From an uncultured Candidatus Peribacteria bacterium (GTDB taxonomy: Bacteria; Patescibacteriota; Gracilibacteria; UBA1369; UBA12470): a DNA stretch of 64,000 nt. Positions within the stretch are counted from its first letter, which is position 1, and the number at the start of each line of letters is the position of its first letter. Positions 54,491 to 63,158 of this stretch are shown in pieces. The stretch is taken from positions 30,163-94,162 of the forward strand of contig CAZIHU010000002.1 of NCBI GenBank assembly GCA_964538865.1, in the 5' to 3' direction. Under the pieces are notes generated by a model. The model searched no databases and was not told the origin of the DNA. It saw nothing but the letters and a program-made list of their open reading frames with translations. The translations under genes and the position numbers were made by a program.

Positions 54491-57419
54491 AACCTTTAAA
54501 TGGTAAACGATAAAATTTATCTAAAGTCGCAACATCAGTCTCAACCAACCCCTTCACACTGAACTTATCATCCTCCCGCACCTCACCAATCGCAAACAAA
54601 GGCAATCCGTTAAAAACCCGCTCAAACTGATAACGATTCTTCGGGCTAACAGTCACCACAAACCGGCTTTGGCTTTCCGAAAACAACATATAATCCGGCC
54701 GCGACTGAATTTCACCGAAATCAATGTCCATCCCAAGCCCACCAGCTATCGCAACCCTCATCAACGAAACTCCAAGCCCACCAATCGCAACACTTTCACA
54801 CGAAGCAATCAATCCTTTTTCAATAGCCTCACAAACAGCACGATAAATCGCACCCGCCTTCTCAGCATCAACCTTCGGCACATTATTCCCAACAAAACCA
54901 AGATGATTAAAATACTCACTTCCTCCCATCTCTTCAAGAGTTTCACCAATCACAAAAACCAAATCCCCAGCAAACTTCGCATCCAGGCTCACACTTTTCC
55001 GATAATCATCAGTAATTCCAAAAGAAGAAACAAGCAAAGTAGGCGGCACAGAGATTTTCACCGCCTCACCATCCTCGTTATAACCTTTAAAATCATTAAA
55101 CATACTATCCTTACCTGAAATAAACGGCGTCCCATACTTAGTCGCATAGTCATAACACGCACGAGCAGCCTCCTTAAGCTGGCCAAGACGCTCAGGATCA
55201 TCCGAGCTACACCAGCAAAAATTATCCATCAGCGCCAATTTGTCGAAATTCACACCGACCGAAACAGCTCCACGCACAGCAGTATCTATCGCACACGCTG
55301 CCATGTGATAAGTATCAATATCGCTATATCGCGGATTAATACCCTGCGACATCACAACCCCTTTCACGCTATCAAGAACAGGCGCCGCAACAGAAGCACG
55401 AGTATTCACGCGACCCTTCCCTTGAAGAGGCCCAATAATATGCCCACCTTGAACCACATGATCGTATTGATGTGAAATAAAATCATAACTCGCCACGTTC
55501 AAACGCGAGATCATCGCATGCATCGTCTCAGTCAAATCCTCAGGACACGGAGCAGTAGGCTCATCATGAGTCTCCTTCGTATAAGTTGTTGTCAAAGTTT
55601 TATCCGGCAGCCCATCATGCAAGAAATCCAGTTCAAGATCCATGATCTTCTTGCCTTTATAGGTAACTTCACACTTTCCGGAATCTGTAAATTCACCAAT
55701 AACTGTCGCCTCAACTCCACGCCTCTCCATCAACTCCAAAAACTCGTCAACTTTCTCAGGCGGCACAGAAAGAGTCATCCTCTCCTGTGACTCACTGATC
55801 CAAGTTTGCCAAGGATCAAGCCCAGGATACTTCAAAGGAACTGCATCAAGATCAACATAGCAACCGCCACACTCCTTCGCCATCTCCGCAACACTACAAG
55901 AAATCCCTCCAGCACCGTTATCAGTAATACTGTTATATAAACCTAAATCACGCGCCTCCTTCACGATCGCATCGCTCATCTTCTTTTGAGTGATCGGATC
56001 GCCAATTTGCACTGCGCCCATCGGACTTCCACTATCCATCGCTTCAGAAGAGAAAGTAGCCCCATGAATTCCATCCTGTCCAACACGGCCTCCAGTCACA
56101 ATCACTTTATCGCCGGGCTGTGCTTTTTTCTCCCATCCAGGAGTCCCACAAACATCCCTCGGCATCAACCCAACAGTCCCAACAAAAACAAGCGGCTTAC
56201 CTTTATATCGATCATCAAAATACATCCAACCCTGAGGAGTCGGAATCCCGCTACAATTCCCCCCAACATTCACCCCATCAATCACCCCATCCATAATCCT
56301 CCTCGGAGGAAGCATCTTTTGCGTTTTCCCTTCCCCCTTATAAAGAGGCGAAACATCCGACGGATCCGCAAAACAGTACCCATACTTATTCACAACCGGC
56401 TTAGCACCTTTTCCAAAACCAATAGTATCCCGATTCACACCAACAATCCCCGTGATCGACCCGCCAAAAGGATCAAGAGCCGACGGACTATTATGGGTTT
56501 CAGCCTTATCCGTAACGACCCAATTTTCATCAAAAACAATCCCACCCGAATTATCCTTAAACACGCTGACACAAAAATCATCATCACCCTTAGCCTCACG
56601 AATCTCATTCGTCGCCCTCTTAATATAATGCTGATAAATCCCATCCTCAATCTCATCCATATGCGCCGCAAAAATCGTATGCTTACAATGCTCCGACCAG
56701 GTTTGAGCCAAAGACTCCATCTCCACATCGGTTGGCTTACGCCCAAGTTTCTTAAAGTGATCGCGAATCGTATGCAAAGAATCTAAATCAAGTGCAAGCG
56801 GCCCACGACGAGTCCCATCTTCATTCGGCACACCTTGTTTACCCAGCTTAATCAGCTCTTCATCAGGCAAATCAAGATCAACATCATCAACCCCCGGCTC
56901 ATGATGTAAATCAACTCGCGGTACAATCGTATCCATCCCCCCATCCTGCTCATACTCACTCGCCGACTTCACATGAATCCTCTGAATCAGCTTGTTCGCC
57001 ATCGATTCACCAACTTCCTGTGCCTGCTCTCGCGTAAGATCACCTTTGATAAAAGTCACCTGCGAAGTATAAACAGCTTCCTGCCCTTCAAACTTAACTG
57101 AGAGCAAATCCTCGGCAATCTCCTGGGAAGTGTGCCCAACGTTGTCAGTCACACCAGGCAAAAATCCAACCTCCACAGCCCAATTAAACGCCGGCATTTC
57201 ATAAGCCTTATCAACAGAAAAACCCTGAGTCACAGGGTTCGTTAAAGCGCTACCGATCTTCTTAAGGTCATCATCAGAAAAATCTTTATCAGTCGTATAA
57301 ACATCAATAATATTCACGTCCTGGATCTTATCGCCAAAATCCAACTGACGCAGTTGACCTTTGCGAACGCTCGCTCGAGTATCAGGAACCAGCGAACCAA
57401 CTTCAATTCTATGGGGCAT
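54486..57419 (-). CDS. purL: phosphoribosylformylglycinamidine synthase subunit PurL with about 200-aa N-terminal extension
   Basis: 977 aa; canonical PurL start (..TWSEHCKHTIF) appears only near residue 240; AIR-synthase-related repeats follow. Confidence 0.9.
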   Translation of the reverse strand: MPHRIEVGSLVPDTRASVRKGQLRQLDFGDKIQDVNIIDVYTTDKDFSDDDLKKIGSALTNPVTQGFSVDKAYEMPAFNWAVEVGFLPGVTDNVGHTSQEIAEDLLSVKFEGQEAVYTSQVTFIKGDLTREQAQEVGESMANKLIQRIHVKSASEYEQDGGMDTIVPRVDLHHEPGVDDVDLDLPDEELIKLGKQGVPNEDGTRRGPLALDLDSLHTIRDHFKKLGRKPTDVEMESLAQTWSEHCKHTIFAAHMDEIEDGIYQHYIKRATNEIREAKGDDDFCVSVFKDNSGGIVFDENWVVTDKAETHNSPSALDPFGGSITGIVGVNRDTIGFGKGAKPVVNKYGYCFADPSDVSPLYKGEGKTQKMLPPRRIMDGVIDGVNVGGNCSGIPTPQGWMYFDDRYKGKPLVFVGTVGLMPRDVCGTPGWEKKAQPGDKVIVTGGRVGQDGIHGATFSSEAMDSGSPMGAVQIGDPITQKKMSDAIVKEARDLGLYNSITDNGAGGISCSVAEMAKECGGCYVDLDAVPLKYPGLDPWQTWISESQERMTLSVPPEKVDEFLELMERRGVEATVIGEFTDSGKCEVTYKGKKIMDLELDFLHDGLPDKTLTTTYTKETHDEPTAPCPEDLTETMHAMISRLNVASYDFISHQYDHVVQGGHIIGPLQGKGRVNTRASVAAPVLDSVKGVVMSQGINPRYSDIDTYHMAACAIDTAVRGAVSVGVNFDKLALMDNFCWCSSDDPERLGQLKEAARACYDYATKYGTPFISGKDSMFNDFKGYNEDGEAVKISVPPTLLVSSFGITDDYRKSVSLDAKFAGDLVFVIGETLEEMGGSEYFNHLGFVGNNVPKVDAEKAGAIYRAVCEAIEKGLIASCESVAIGGLGVSLMRVAIAGGLGMDIDFGEIQSRPDYMLFSESQSRFVVTVSPKNRYQFERVFNGLPLFAIGEVREDDKFSVKGLVETDVATLDKFYRLPFKGF

Positions 57420-57488
57420 ATTTATCTTGAGTTAAAAATTAGAAGGCAATTCCAATATCGCACAAGGGGATAGGGAATTCAAATGGAA

Positions 57489-57797
57489 TTAATCTATAGC
57501 AGGGAAACAGAAATAATCATTATCATTCTCGCCAATCTCTTCAATATCCGGCAATCGCACACATTGTTGAATAAGGCGTGAATTAAGAGACGCACAAAAG
57601 CCCATCAAGGCAGTTTCATTATCCAAAACTGCTTCCGGGATGGGATATTGCGATCGCCATGAGGGGTCATTTACATTAGCTTCGCACGTTTTGACAGTCT
57701 GAGGCGAAGCGCACCCAGAACCTACAATCAACCCCGCCATCAACAACAAAGCATTACGCACACTTCGAGATCCCTCAGATAATTTGCTTACACTCAT
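57489..57797 (-). CDS. small lipoprotein, hypothetical
   Basis: 102 aa; lipobox IVGSGC; six Cys. Confidence 0.5.
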   Translation of the reverse strand: MSVSKLSEGSRSVRNALLLMAGLIVGSGCASPQTVKTCEANVNDPSWRSQYPIPEAVLDNETALMGFCASLNSRLIQQCVRLPDIEEIGENDNDYFCFPAID

Positions 57798-57847
57798 AAT
57801 TTTTTGGGTTAAAAACAGGACGCCATCCTACATCACAAACACGGAAA

Positions 57848-57978
57848 GCGTCAAATACTATAAACGTTTTGCCGAAGGCAAAACACCACACCCCGCCATG
57901 GCGGGGAAGTACTATCAACCCGTTTTCGCGAAGCGAAAACACCACCACTAGGGACTAGGTACTAAGGACTAGGTACTC
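57848..57978. repeat. composite hairpin element (module - GC hairpin - module) plus CTAGGTA-type heptads
   Basis: GCGTCAAATACTATAAACGTTTTGCC-GAA-GGCAAAACACCAC / CCCCGCC-ATG-GGCGGGG / AGTACTATCAACCCGTTTTCGC-GAA-GCGAAAACACCACCAC then ctaggga ctaggta ctaagga ctaggta. Confidence 0.7.
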
Positions 57979-59227
57979 AATTAAAGCCCCTGGCTTTAAT
58001 TGTCCCCTCCAATCTCTTCATCGCCGCAATAAACGCAGCCTGTCTCAAAGTGCAATTATGTTTTTTCCCAATCTTGCAAACATTTTTCCAGGACTCAACC
58101 ATGATTTGCTTCAAACGCTCCTGAACCTCCTCATCAGTCCAATAGAAATTTGCCTCATTTTGAACCAACTCAAAATAACTCACAGTCACACCTCCAGCAT
58201 TCGCCAAAATATCCGGCACAACGACAATACCTTTTTTCTCCAAAATCTCATCAGCCTCAGGAGTAACAGGCCCATTCGCAAGCTCAATAATAACGCGAGT
58301 TTTAATCTTATCAGCATTCTCCTTAGTAACCTGATTTTCCATCGCAGACAAAAACAAAACATCACATTCAAGCTCAAGAAGCTCTTCATTAGAAACAACT
58401 TTACAATCCCCACCACCCTCAGCAGTACATTCAACAACAGAACCTTTATCAAGCTTACAACTATGAGCAGCATTCGGATCAGCACCGTTCTCACAATGCA
58501 ACCCTCCACGTGAATCAGAAACACCAACCACTTTAAACCCACGCTCAAAAAGCATTTTGGCAACATTCGCACCAGCATTCCCAAACCCTTGCACAACAAC
58601 TCGAGTCTCCTCAGGCACCAAATTATAATCGCGACACATCTCCTCAAGAACATAAATTCCACCCTGACTTGTCGAATCAGCACGCCCGGCACTCCCACCA
58701 ACCTCAAGCGGCTTTCCGGTAACAACGCCAAGAGTGTTTTCACCTTGCAACTTAGAAAACTCATCAGCCGCCCAAGCCATGATTTGCGGATTGGTGTACA
58801 TATCCGGAGCAGGAACATCCTTCTTAGGTCCAATAATAGGGGAGATCGCACGAATATAAGACCGCGTTAACCTCTCAAGTTCAGTCTCAGAAAGCTCCTT
58901 AACATCAACAATTACACCACCTTTCCCTCCACCAAGCGGAATCCCAACAACCGCACATTTCATAGTCATCCAAGTCGCAAGAGCTTTTACCTCCTCCATA
59001 TCAACCTCAGGATGAAAACGAACCCCACCTTTATAAGGCCCACGAGCATTATTATGCTGCACACGAAACCCCTTAAAAACCCGAATCGAACCATTATCCA
59101 TCTTGACCGGAACGCTAACTTCAAGAATCTTATGCGGAGTACTCAAAACTTCCTCAACATTCGGATCCAGCTTCATAATAGAGGCGGCCTCCTTCATCTG
59201 ACGGATGGTGTTTTCGAATAGTGACAT
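57977..59227 (-). CDS. gdh: Glu/Leu/Phe/Val dehydrogenase family (glutamate dehydrogenase-like)
   Basis: 416 aa; GPYKGGVRFHP, catalytic-Lys region PLGGGKGG, Rossmann GFGNAG. Confidence 0.9.
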   Translation of the reverse strand: MSLFENTIRQMKEAASIMKLDPNVEEVLSTPHKILEVSVPVKMDNGSIRVFKGFRVQHNNARGPYKGGVRFHPEVDMEEVKALATWMTMKCAVVGIPLGGGKGGVIVDVKELSETELERLTRSYIRAISPIIGPKKDVPAPDMYTNPQIMAWAADEFSKLQGENTLGVVTGKPLEVGGSAGRADSTSQGGIYVLEEMCRDYNLVPEETRVVVQGFGNAGANVAKMLFERGFKVVGVSDSRGGLHCENGADPNAAHSCKLDKGSVVECTAEGGGDCKVVSNEELLELECDVLFLSAMENQVTKENADKIKTRVIIELANGPVTPEADEILEKKGIVVVPDILANAGGVTVSYFELVQNEANFYWTDEEVQERLKQIMVESWKNVCKIGKKHNCTLRQAAFIAAMKRLEGTIKARGFN

Positions 59228-59378
59228 GTGTAGTTTGGTTAAAATATACGTGCGAAAGTTTAGCGTGAAAGCTTAAAAGGGGCAAATTCGAAACCCGTAA
59301 TTAGCTAACTAATACCTTGTAGTTTTTTATGTTTTTATATACAATTCATCTCCTAAATAACACATAAATTAATTATGT

Positions 59379-60452
59379 ATGACTTCTACTGATCATTTTG
59401 CTCCTTTCAGAAGGGGAATAGAAAGCTCTAGGCTTAACAGCGATGATTTTATAGCGGTACTTACTGGACAAGCAACCGGTAATGAAGCGCCTTCCAAGGT
59501 TGTGGATCCGGGTTTATTGCCTGAGAGAGTTGATCTTCATGCCGAGGAACATGACGGCATGATATCTCGTGAAGATCTTAGAGAAGCGGCTTTGGCAGCT
59601 TTTGAAGGAGGGCCACCTGTTACAATTAGGCATATGAGTCTTCATGGGGATGTTTGTTTTACAGAGGCTGGTGTTTATTTTGAGCCTGGAGGGATATTAA
59701 TGACGATGAAAGGACATGTTGTTACAGCTTCTTTTGTTCCTAGGGTTAAATATGAAAGGTTTGAATCTGGTGGTTTTGTTGATGGATGTGCAAAAGGGGG
59801 AAGTGCTATGGGGTGTTTCCCGCCTCAATCTCTTTTTTCAAGGGATGAGACTCCTATCGAGGGGCATGATCTTGTTACGAAGTTAATTGTCCCTGGTGAA
59901 AAAGAACTGATCGATTTCGGAAGATGTGTTGAAATGGTTGCGACTTCGGAAGATACCTTGAGACAGATCGTTGGCTATCTATCAGAATATGCTGGCATGG
60001 ATCCTGAGGAGGTAATGCAAGATCCTAAAAGCTTTGCAGGTCCGTTAGGTCAACATTTCGAAGCTTTAGCTACCCGGGGACATGTTTCGTCTGTTCAATT
60101 GTCTCATCCGGGTTATTGGAGCAAAAGGCCAAGGGCAATTACAACATCACTTAGCGAGGAAGATATCGATGCTGTTTATGATATGCTGAAATTGGTGGTC
60201 GATATAACCAGGCAAGTAGCTTATGCTGTTGATGAAGCCCTTGGATTGTCTCCGGACGTCCATGAGCGCAGTTTTGTTGTGAGGCAAGTTGGACCAGAAA
60301 GTGGATATGTCAGAGGTGTTCAAGTGAATAAAAGTATAGGTCCGATCGGAGCTGAAGACTTGTTTGCAAGTTATGTGCCTGAAGTTTTAAAAAACCATGG
60401 AATGCGTATGGAACAAGTTTTAGCTTCTTTAATGAGCGGACAATCTCTTTAA
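59379..60452 (+). CDS. hypothetical protein
   Basis: 357-aa ORF; no domain recognised; G>C on coding strand unlike neighbouring + strand genes. Confidence 0.5.
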   Translation: MTSTDHFAPFRRGIESSRLNSDDFIAVLTGQATGNEAPSKVVDPGLLPERVDLHAEEHDGMISREDLREAALAAFEGGPPVTIRHMSLHGDVCFTEAGVYFEPGGILMTMKGHVVTASFVPRVKYERFESGGFVDGCAKGGSAMGCFPPQSLFSRDETPIEGHDLVTKLIVPGEKELIDFGRCVEMVATSEDTLRQIVGYLSEYAGMDPEEVMQDPKSFAGPLGQHFEALATRGHVSSVQLSHPGYWSKRPRAITTSLSEEDIDAVYDMLKLVVDITRQVAYAVDEALGLSPDVHERSFVVRQVGPESGYVRGVQVNKSIGPIGAEDLFASYVPEVLKNHGMRMEQVLASLMSGQSL

Positions 60453-60476
60453 ATTCAAAAACTAACAAAAACCACC

Positions 60477-61238
60477 ATGCCTTTAAACGAAGATGCCCCA
60501 GCCGAAAGCCCCATTCGACAACAACTGCTGCCACGACTTTTGGAAGCCTGGCAAGAGCAGCCATGGGGAGCAGTAAATGCTGGTACTCTATGTACAATCC
60601 TCGAAGAATTGGCAGTAGATGGGAGTGAAAACCTTACACCTGAGCAGTGTGCTGCATTGCTGTCAGAATATCATGGGGAAGAATGGATACCGCCAGAGCC
60701 GAGACACGGTATAAACGCACCAGGAGGTTGTATTGTAGATGCATATGAAGAACCTGAATACGGCATAACTGGAAGAACGTGCATAGAAGGAGATTTCGAA
60801 CCGGCATACACATCGCCAATACCAGATCATTTAAGAACTGAAAGAGAAAGCGGTTGTGGGCATAGAGTAGCATGCATATATTTCTACGGCGATGATTGGG
60901 GAACAGCAAGAAGAAGAGCAGTATTCCCAAGGGCCCGAAATAGAAGAGAAGGATTCGAAGTTTATAGGAATGTACTTATAGAAGAACTGGAGCCATTCCT
61001 AGTGAAAATGCTATTTGCACATGAAAGAGAATTTCCAGATCGCGAAGATATTATTGAAAGTCTTCTTCAGGCAATTGAAGCTTGCCAAGGAAACGCATCA
61101 CTCGTGAATCAACTGATAGAATTGCAAACAATAGGAAAAACTTTTAACGAAGAAGTTTGGGCATACCAGATAAGCTGTTATTACGCCTCGATCAGAAGCT
61201 TGGTACAGCAAGTTGAGGAAAGGCTCAGTCATGCATAG
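60477..61238 (+). CDS. hypothetical protein
   Basis: 253-aa ORF; ACTAAC box 10 nt upstream of ATG. Confidence 0.5.
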   Translation: MPLNEDAPAESPIRQQLLPRLLEAWQEQPWGAVNAGTLCTILEELAVDGSENLTPEQCAALLSEYHGEEWIPPEPRHGINAPGGCIVDAYEEPEYGITGRTCIEGDFEPAYTSPIPDHLRTERESGCGHRVACIYFYGDDWGTARRRAVFPRARNRREGFEVYRNVLIEELEPFLVKMLFAHEREFPDREDIIESLLQAIEACQGNASLVNQLIELQTIGKTFNEEVWAYQISCYYASIRSLVQQVEERLSHA

Positions 61239-61629
61239 TCGGAGCTTCCCACCGTGAATGACCAAGATCAATCTCATTCGCATCTTGAAACTGCTGTGCC
61301 AAAATTCCTTGTAAAAAAAGCATCTTACCCGAAAAAACACCACGCAAAGAATCAAGATCAGGGGGAAGACTTAGTCTAAGTAACTCGCAGTGCAGCCCAT
61401 CAACGTCTCCAAAAGTACATTCTGCTTGAAGTACCGCCTGTGCACGAGTAGCGAATTGAACAACATCAGGAGAGATACCATCAGCTTCAAGAATTGCATC
61501 TGCTAATTCAGCAAGCTTCTGCCCAGCTTCACAAGACGGATCAAAAGGCTGACCCTGAATAAAAGATTTCTCATCTGCCTCGAACTCTGCTCGATCATCC
61601 GGCTGATGAAAAGTTGGCGCACTCTTCAT
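61225..61629 (-). CDS. hypothetical protein
   Basis: ORF track 61225..61650 (GTG); ATG at 61629 has TTTAAT box 9 nt upstream; converges on and overlaps previous gene by 14 nt. Confidence 0.4.
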   Translation of the reverse strand: MKSAPTFHQPDDRAEFEADEKSFIQGQPFDPSCEAGQKLAELADAILEADGISPDVVQFATRAQAVLQAECTFGDVDGLHCELLRLSLPPDLDSLRGVFSGKMLFLQGILAQQFQDANEIDLGHSRWEAPTMHD

Positions 61630-61697
61630 GAAATTTGTATTAAAAAGCACACAAATGATACCAAAATTTAACTTTTCCTCAAAAATCCTATAAACTT

Positions 61698-61859
61698 AGA
61701 GTTGTTGCGAAAGTAGAATCCCTACTGCAATGAATAAAATTTAGCTGCAAATGATTCATAGCTCCTAGCCGTATCATCCTGATACGCCGTCGTCGCTCTT
61801 CATAATTTTCGCATAAATTTTATTCATTTCGCAACGTGATCTACTTTCACAACAACTCT
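61698..61859. repeat. 162-bp element with nested long inverted repeats (MITE-like or structured leader)
   Basis: Outer arms AGAGTTGTTGCGAAAGTAGA / TCTACTTTCACAACAACTCT (19 of 20), inner arms TGCAATGAATAAAATTT / AAATTTTATTCATT-TC-GCA, central GTATCA-TCC-TGATAC; TA on both flanks if ends are set at GAGTTG...CAACTC. Confidence 0.55.
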
Positions 61860-61868
61860 ATTAAAACC

Positions 61869-63158
61869 ATGCAAATCAACCCTCAGGCCAAGGCTCTTAA
61901 CGATGCACTCGAGCAAAATAATCCTCACATCCTCGAGATGCTTTCGCAAAAAGGACTGAAAGCTTTTTTTCCTGCAAAAGGCATAATCGCTCAAACTGCA
62001 GACGGTAAAGGCAAGACCTACAACGCTACAATCGGCGCAGCAACAGAAGAAGATGGCTCAGTCATGTGCCTCAATTCACTCCGCGCCAAAGTCTACACAA
62101 ACCCACAAGGATGCTTCCCATACGCCTCAAGTTACGGTCGCCAAGAGCTCCGCGAGCTTTGGCAAAAGATGATTTACGAGAAAAATCCATCACTTAGCGA
62201 AACGAAAACCTCTCTCCCGGTCACAACATGCGCTCTAACACACGGATTAAGCCTCACAGGCTTTCTATTCGCCAACGAAAACGAAGAAGTCATCACAACA
62301 GACTTGTTTTGGGGTAATTACAACCTGATATACGGGGGTTGTCATAACGCCACGGTCACAACTTTCCCAACTTTTACAGGCAAAAATTTCAACGTAGAAG
62401 CTCTCCGCGAAAAACTCTTAGAAGAAGGCAATAAAAAAATCCTCATCCTCAACTTCCCAAATAACCCATCCGGCTACACGCCAACAGAAGAAGAAGCGGC
62501 CAAAATCGAAAGTGTAATCCTAGAAGCAGCGCAGTTAGGCAAAAACATAACAGCAATCATTGACGACGCCTATTTCGGACTTGTCTACCAAGAAGGAATT
62601 TACCAAGAATCCCTCTTCGCACGCCTCGCCGACCTCCACGAACGAGTCTTAGCAATCAAAGTCGACGGCCCAACCAAAGAAGACTACGTCTGGGGCTTCC
62701 GCGTCGGCTTCCTAACCTACGCATACAAAGACATGTCAGACGAAGCTGCAAAAGCTCTCGAAGCAAAAACAGCAGGAGTAATCCGCGGCAACATTTCAAA
62801 CGTCCCAAACATTTCACAACAACTTCTCTTCGAAGCCTACTCTTCAGACACATACAAGGCCGAAAAAGCCGAAAAATTCCGCACACTCCAATCCCGATAC
62901 GAAAAAGTCCGCCAGACATTCAACGACCACCCTGAATTTGCAAAAACCTTCACGCCACTTCCATTCAACTCAGGATACTTCATGTGCATCCAGCTCGCAG
63001 AAGGCTTAGACGCTGAAAAAATCCGCCAAACCCTCCTCGAAAAATACGACACCGGAATCATCGCCATGGGCGATAAAATTAGAATTGCATACTCCAGCGC
63101 ACCACTTTCAAAGATCGAAAAACTTTTTAAAAATATCTATTTAGCTTGCAAAGAATGA
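61869..63158 (+). CDS. class I/II PLP-dependent aminotransferase
   Basis: ORF track 61836..63158 starts at GTG inside the inverted repeat; ATG 61869 (MQINPQAKAL) preferred; NFPNNPSGYTPT and downstream Lys region typical of fold-type I aminotransferases. Confidence 0.85.
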   Translation: MQINPQAKALNDALEQNNPHILEMLSQKGLKAFFPAKGIIAQTADGKGKTYNATIGAATEEDGSVMCLNSLRAKVYTNPQGCFPYASSYGRQELRELWQKMIYEKNPSLSETKTSLPVTTCALTHGLSLTGFLFANENEEVITTDLFWGNYNLIYGGCHNATVTTFPTFTGKNFNVEALREKLLEEGNKKILILNFPNNPSGYTPTEEEAAKIESVILEAAQLGKNITAIIDDAYFGLVYQEGIYQESLFARLADLHERVLAIKVDGPTKEDYVWGFRVGFLTYAYKDMSDEAAKALEAKTAGVIRGNISNVPNISQQLLFEAYSSDTYKAEKAEKFRTLQSRYEKVRQTFNDHPEFAKTFTPLPFNSGYFMCIQLAEGLDAEKIRQTLLEKYDTGIIAMGDKIRIAYSSAPLSKIEKLFKNIYLACKE

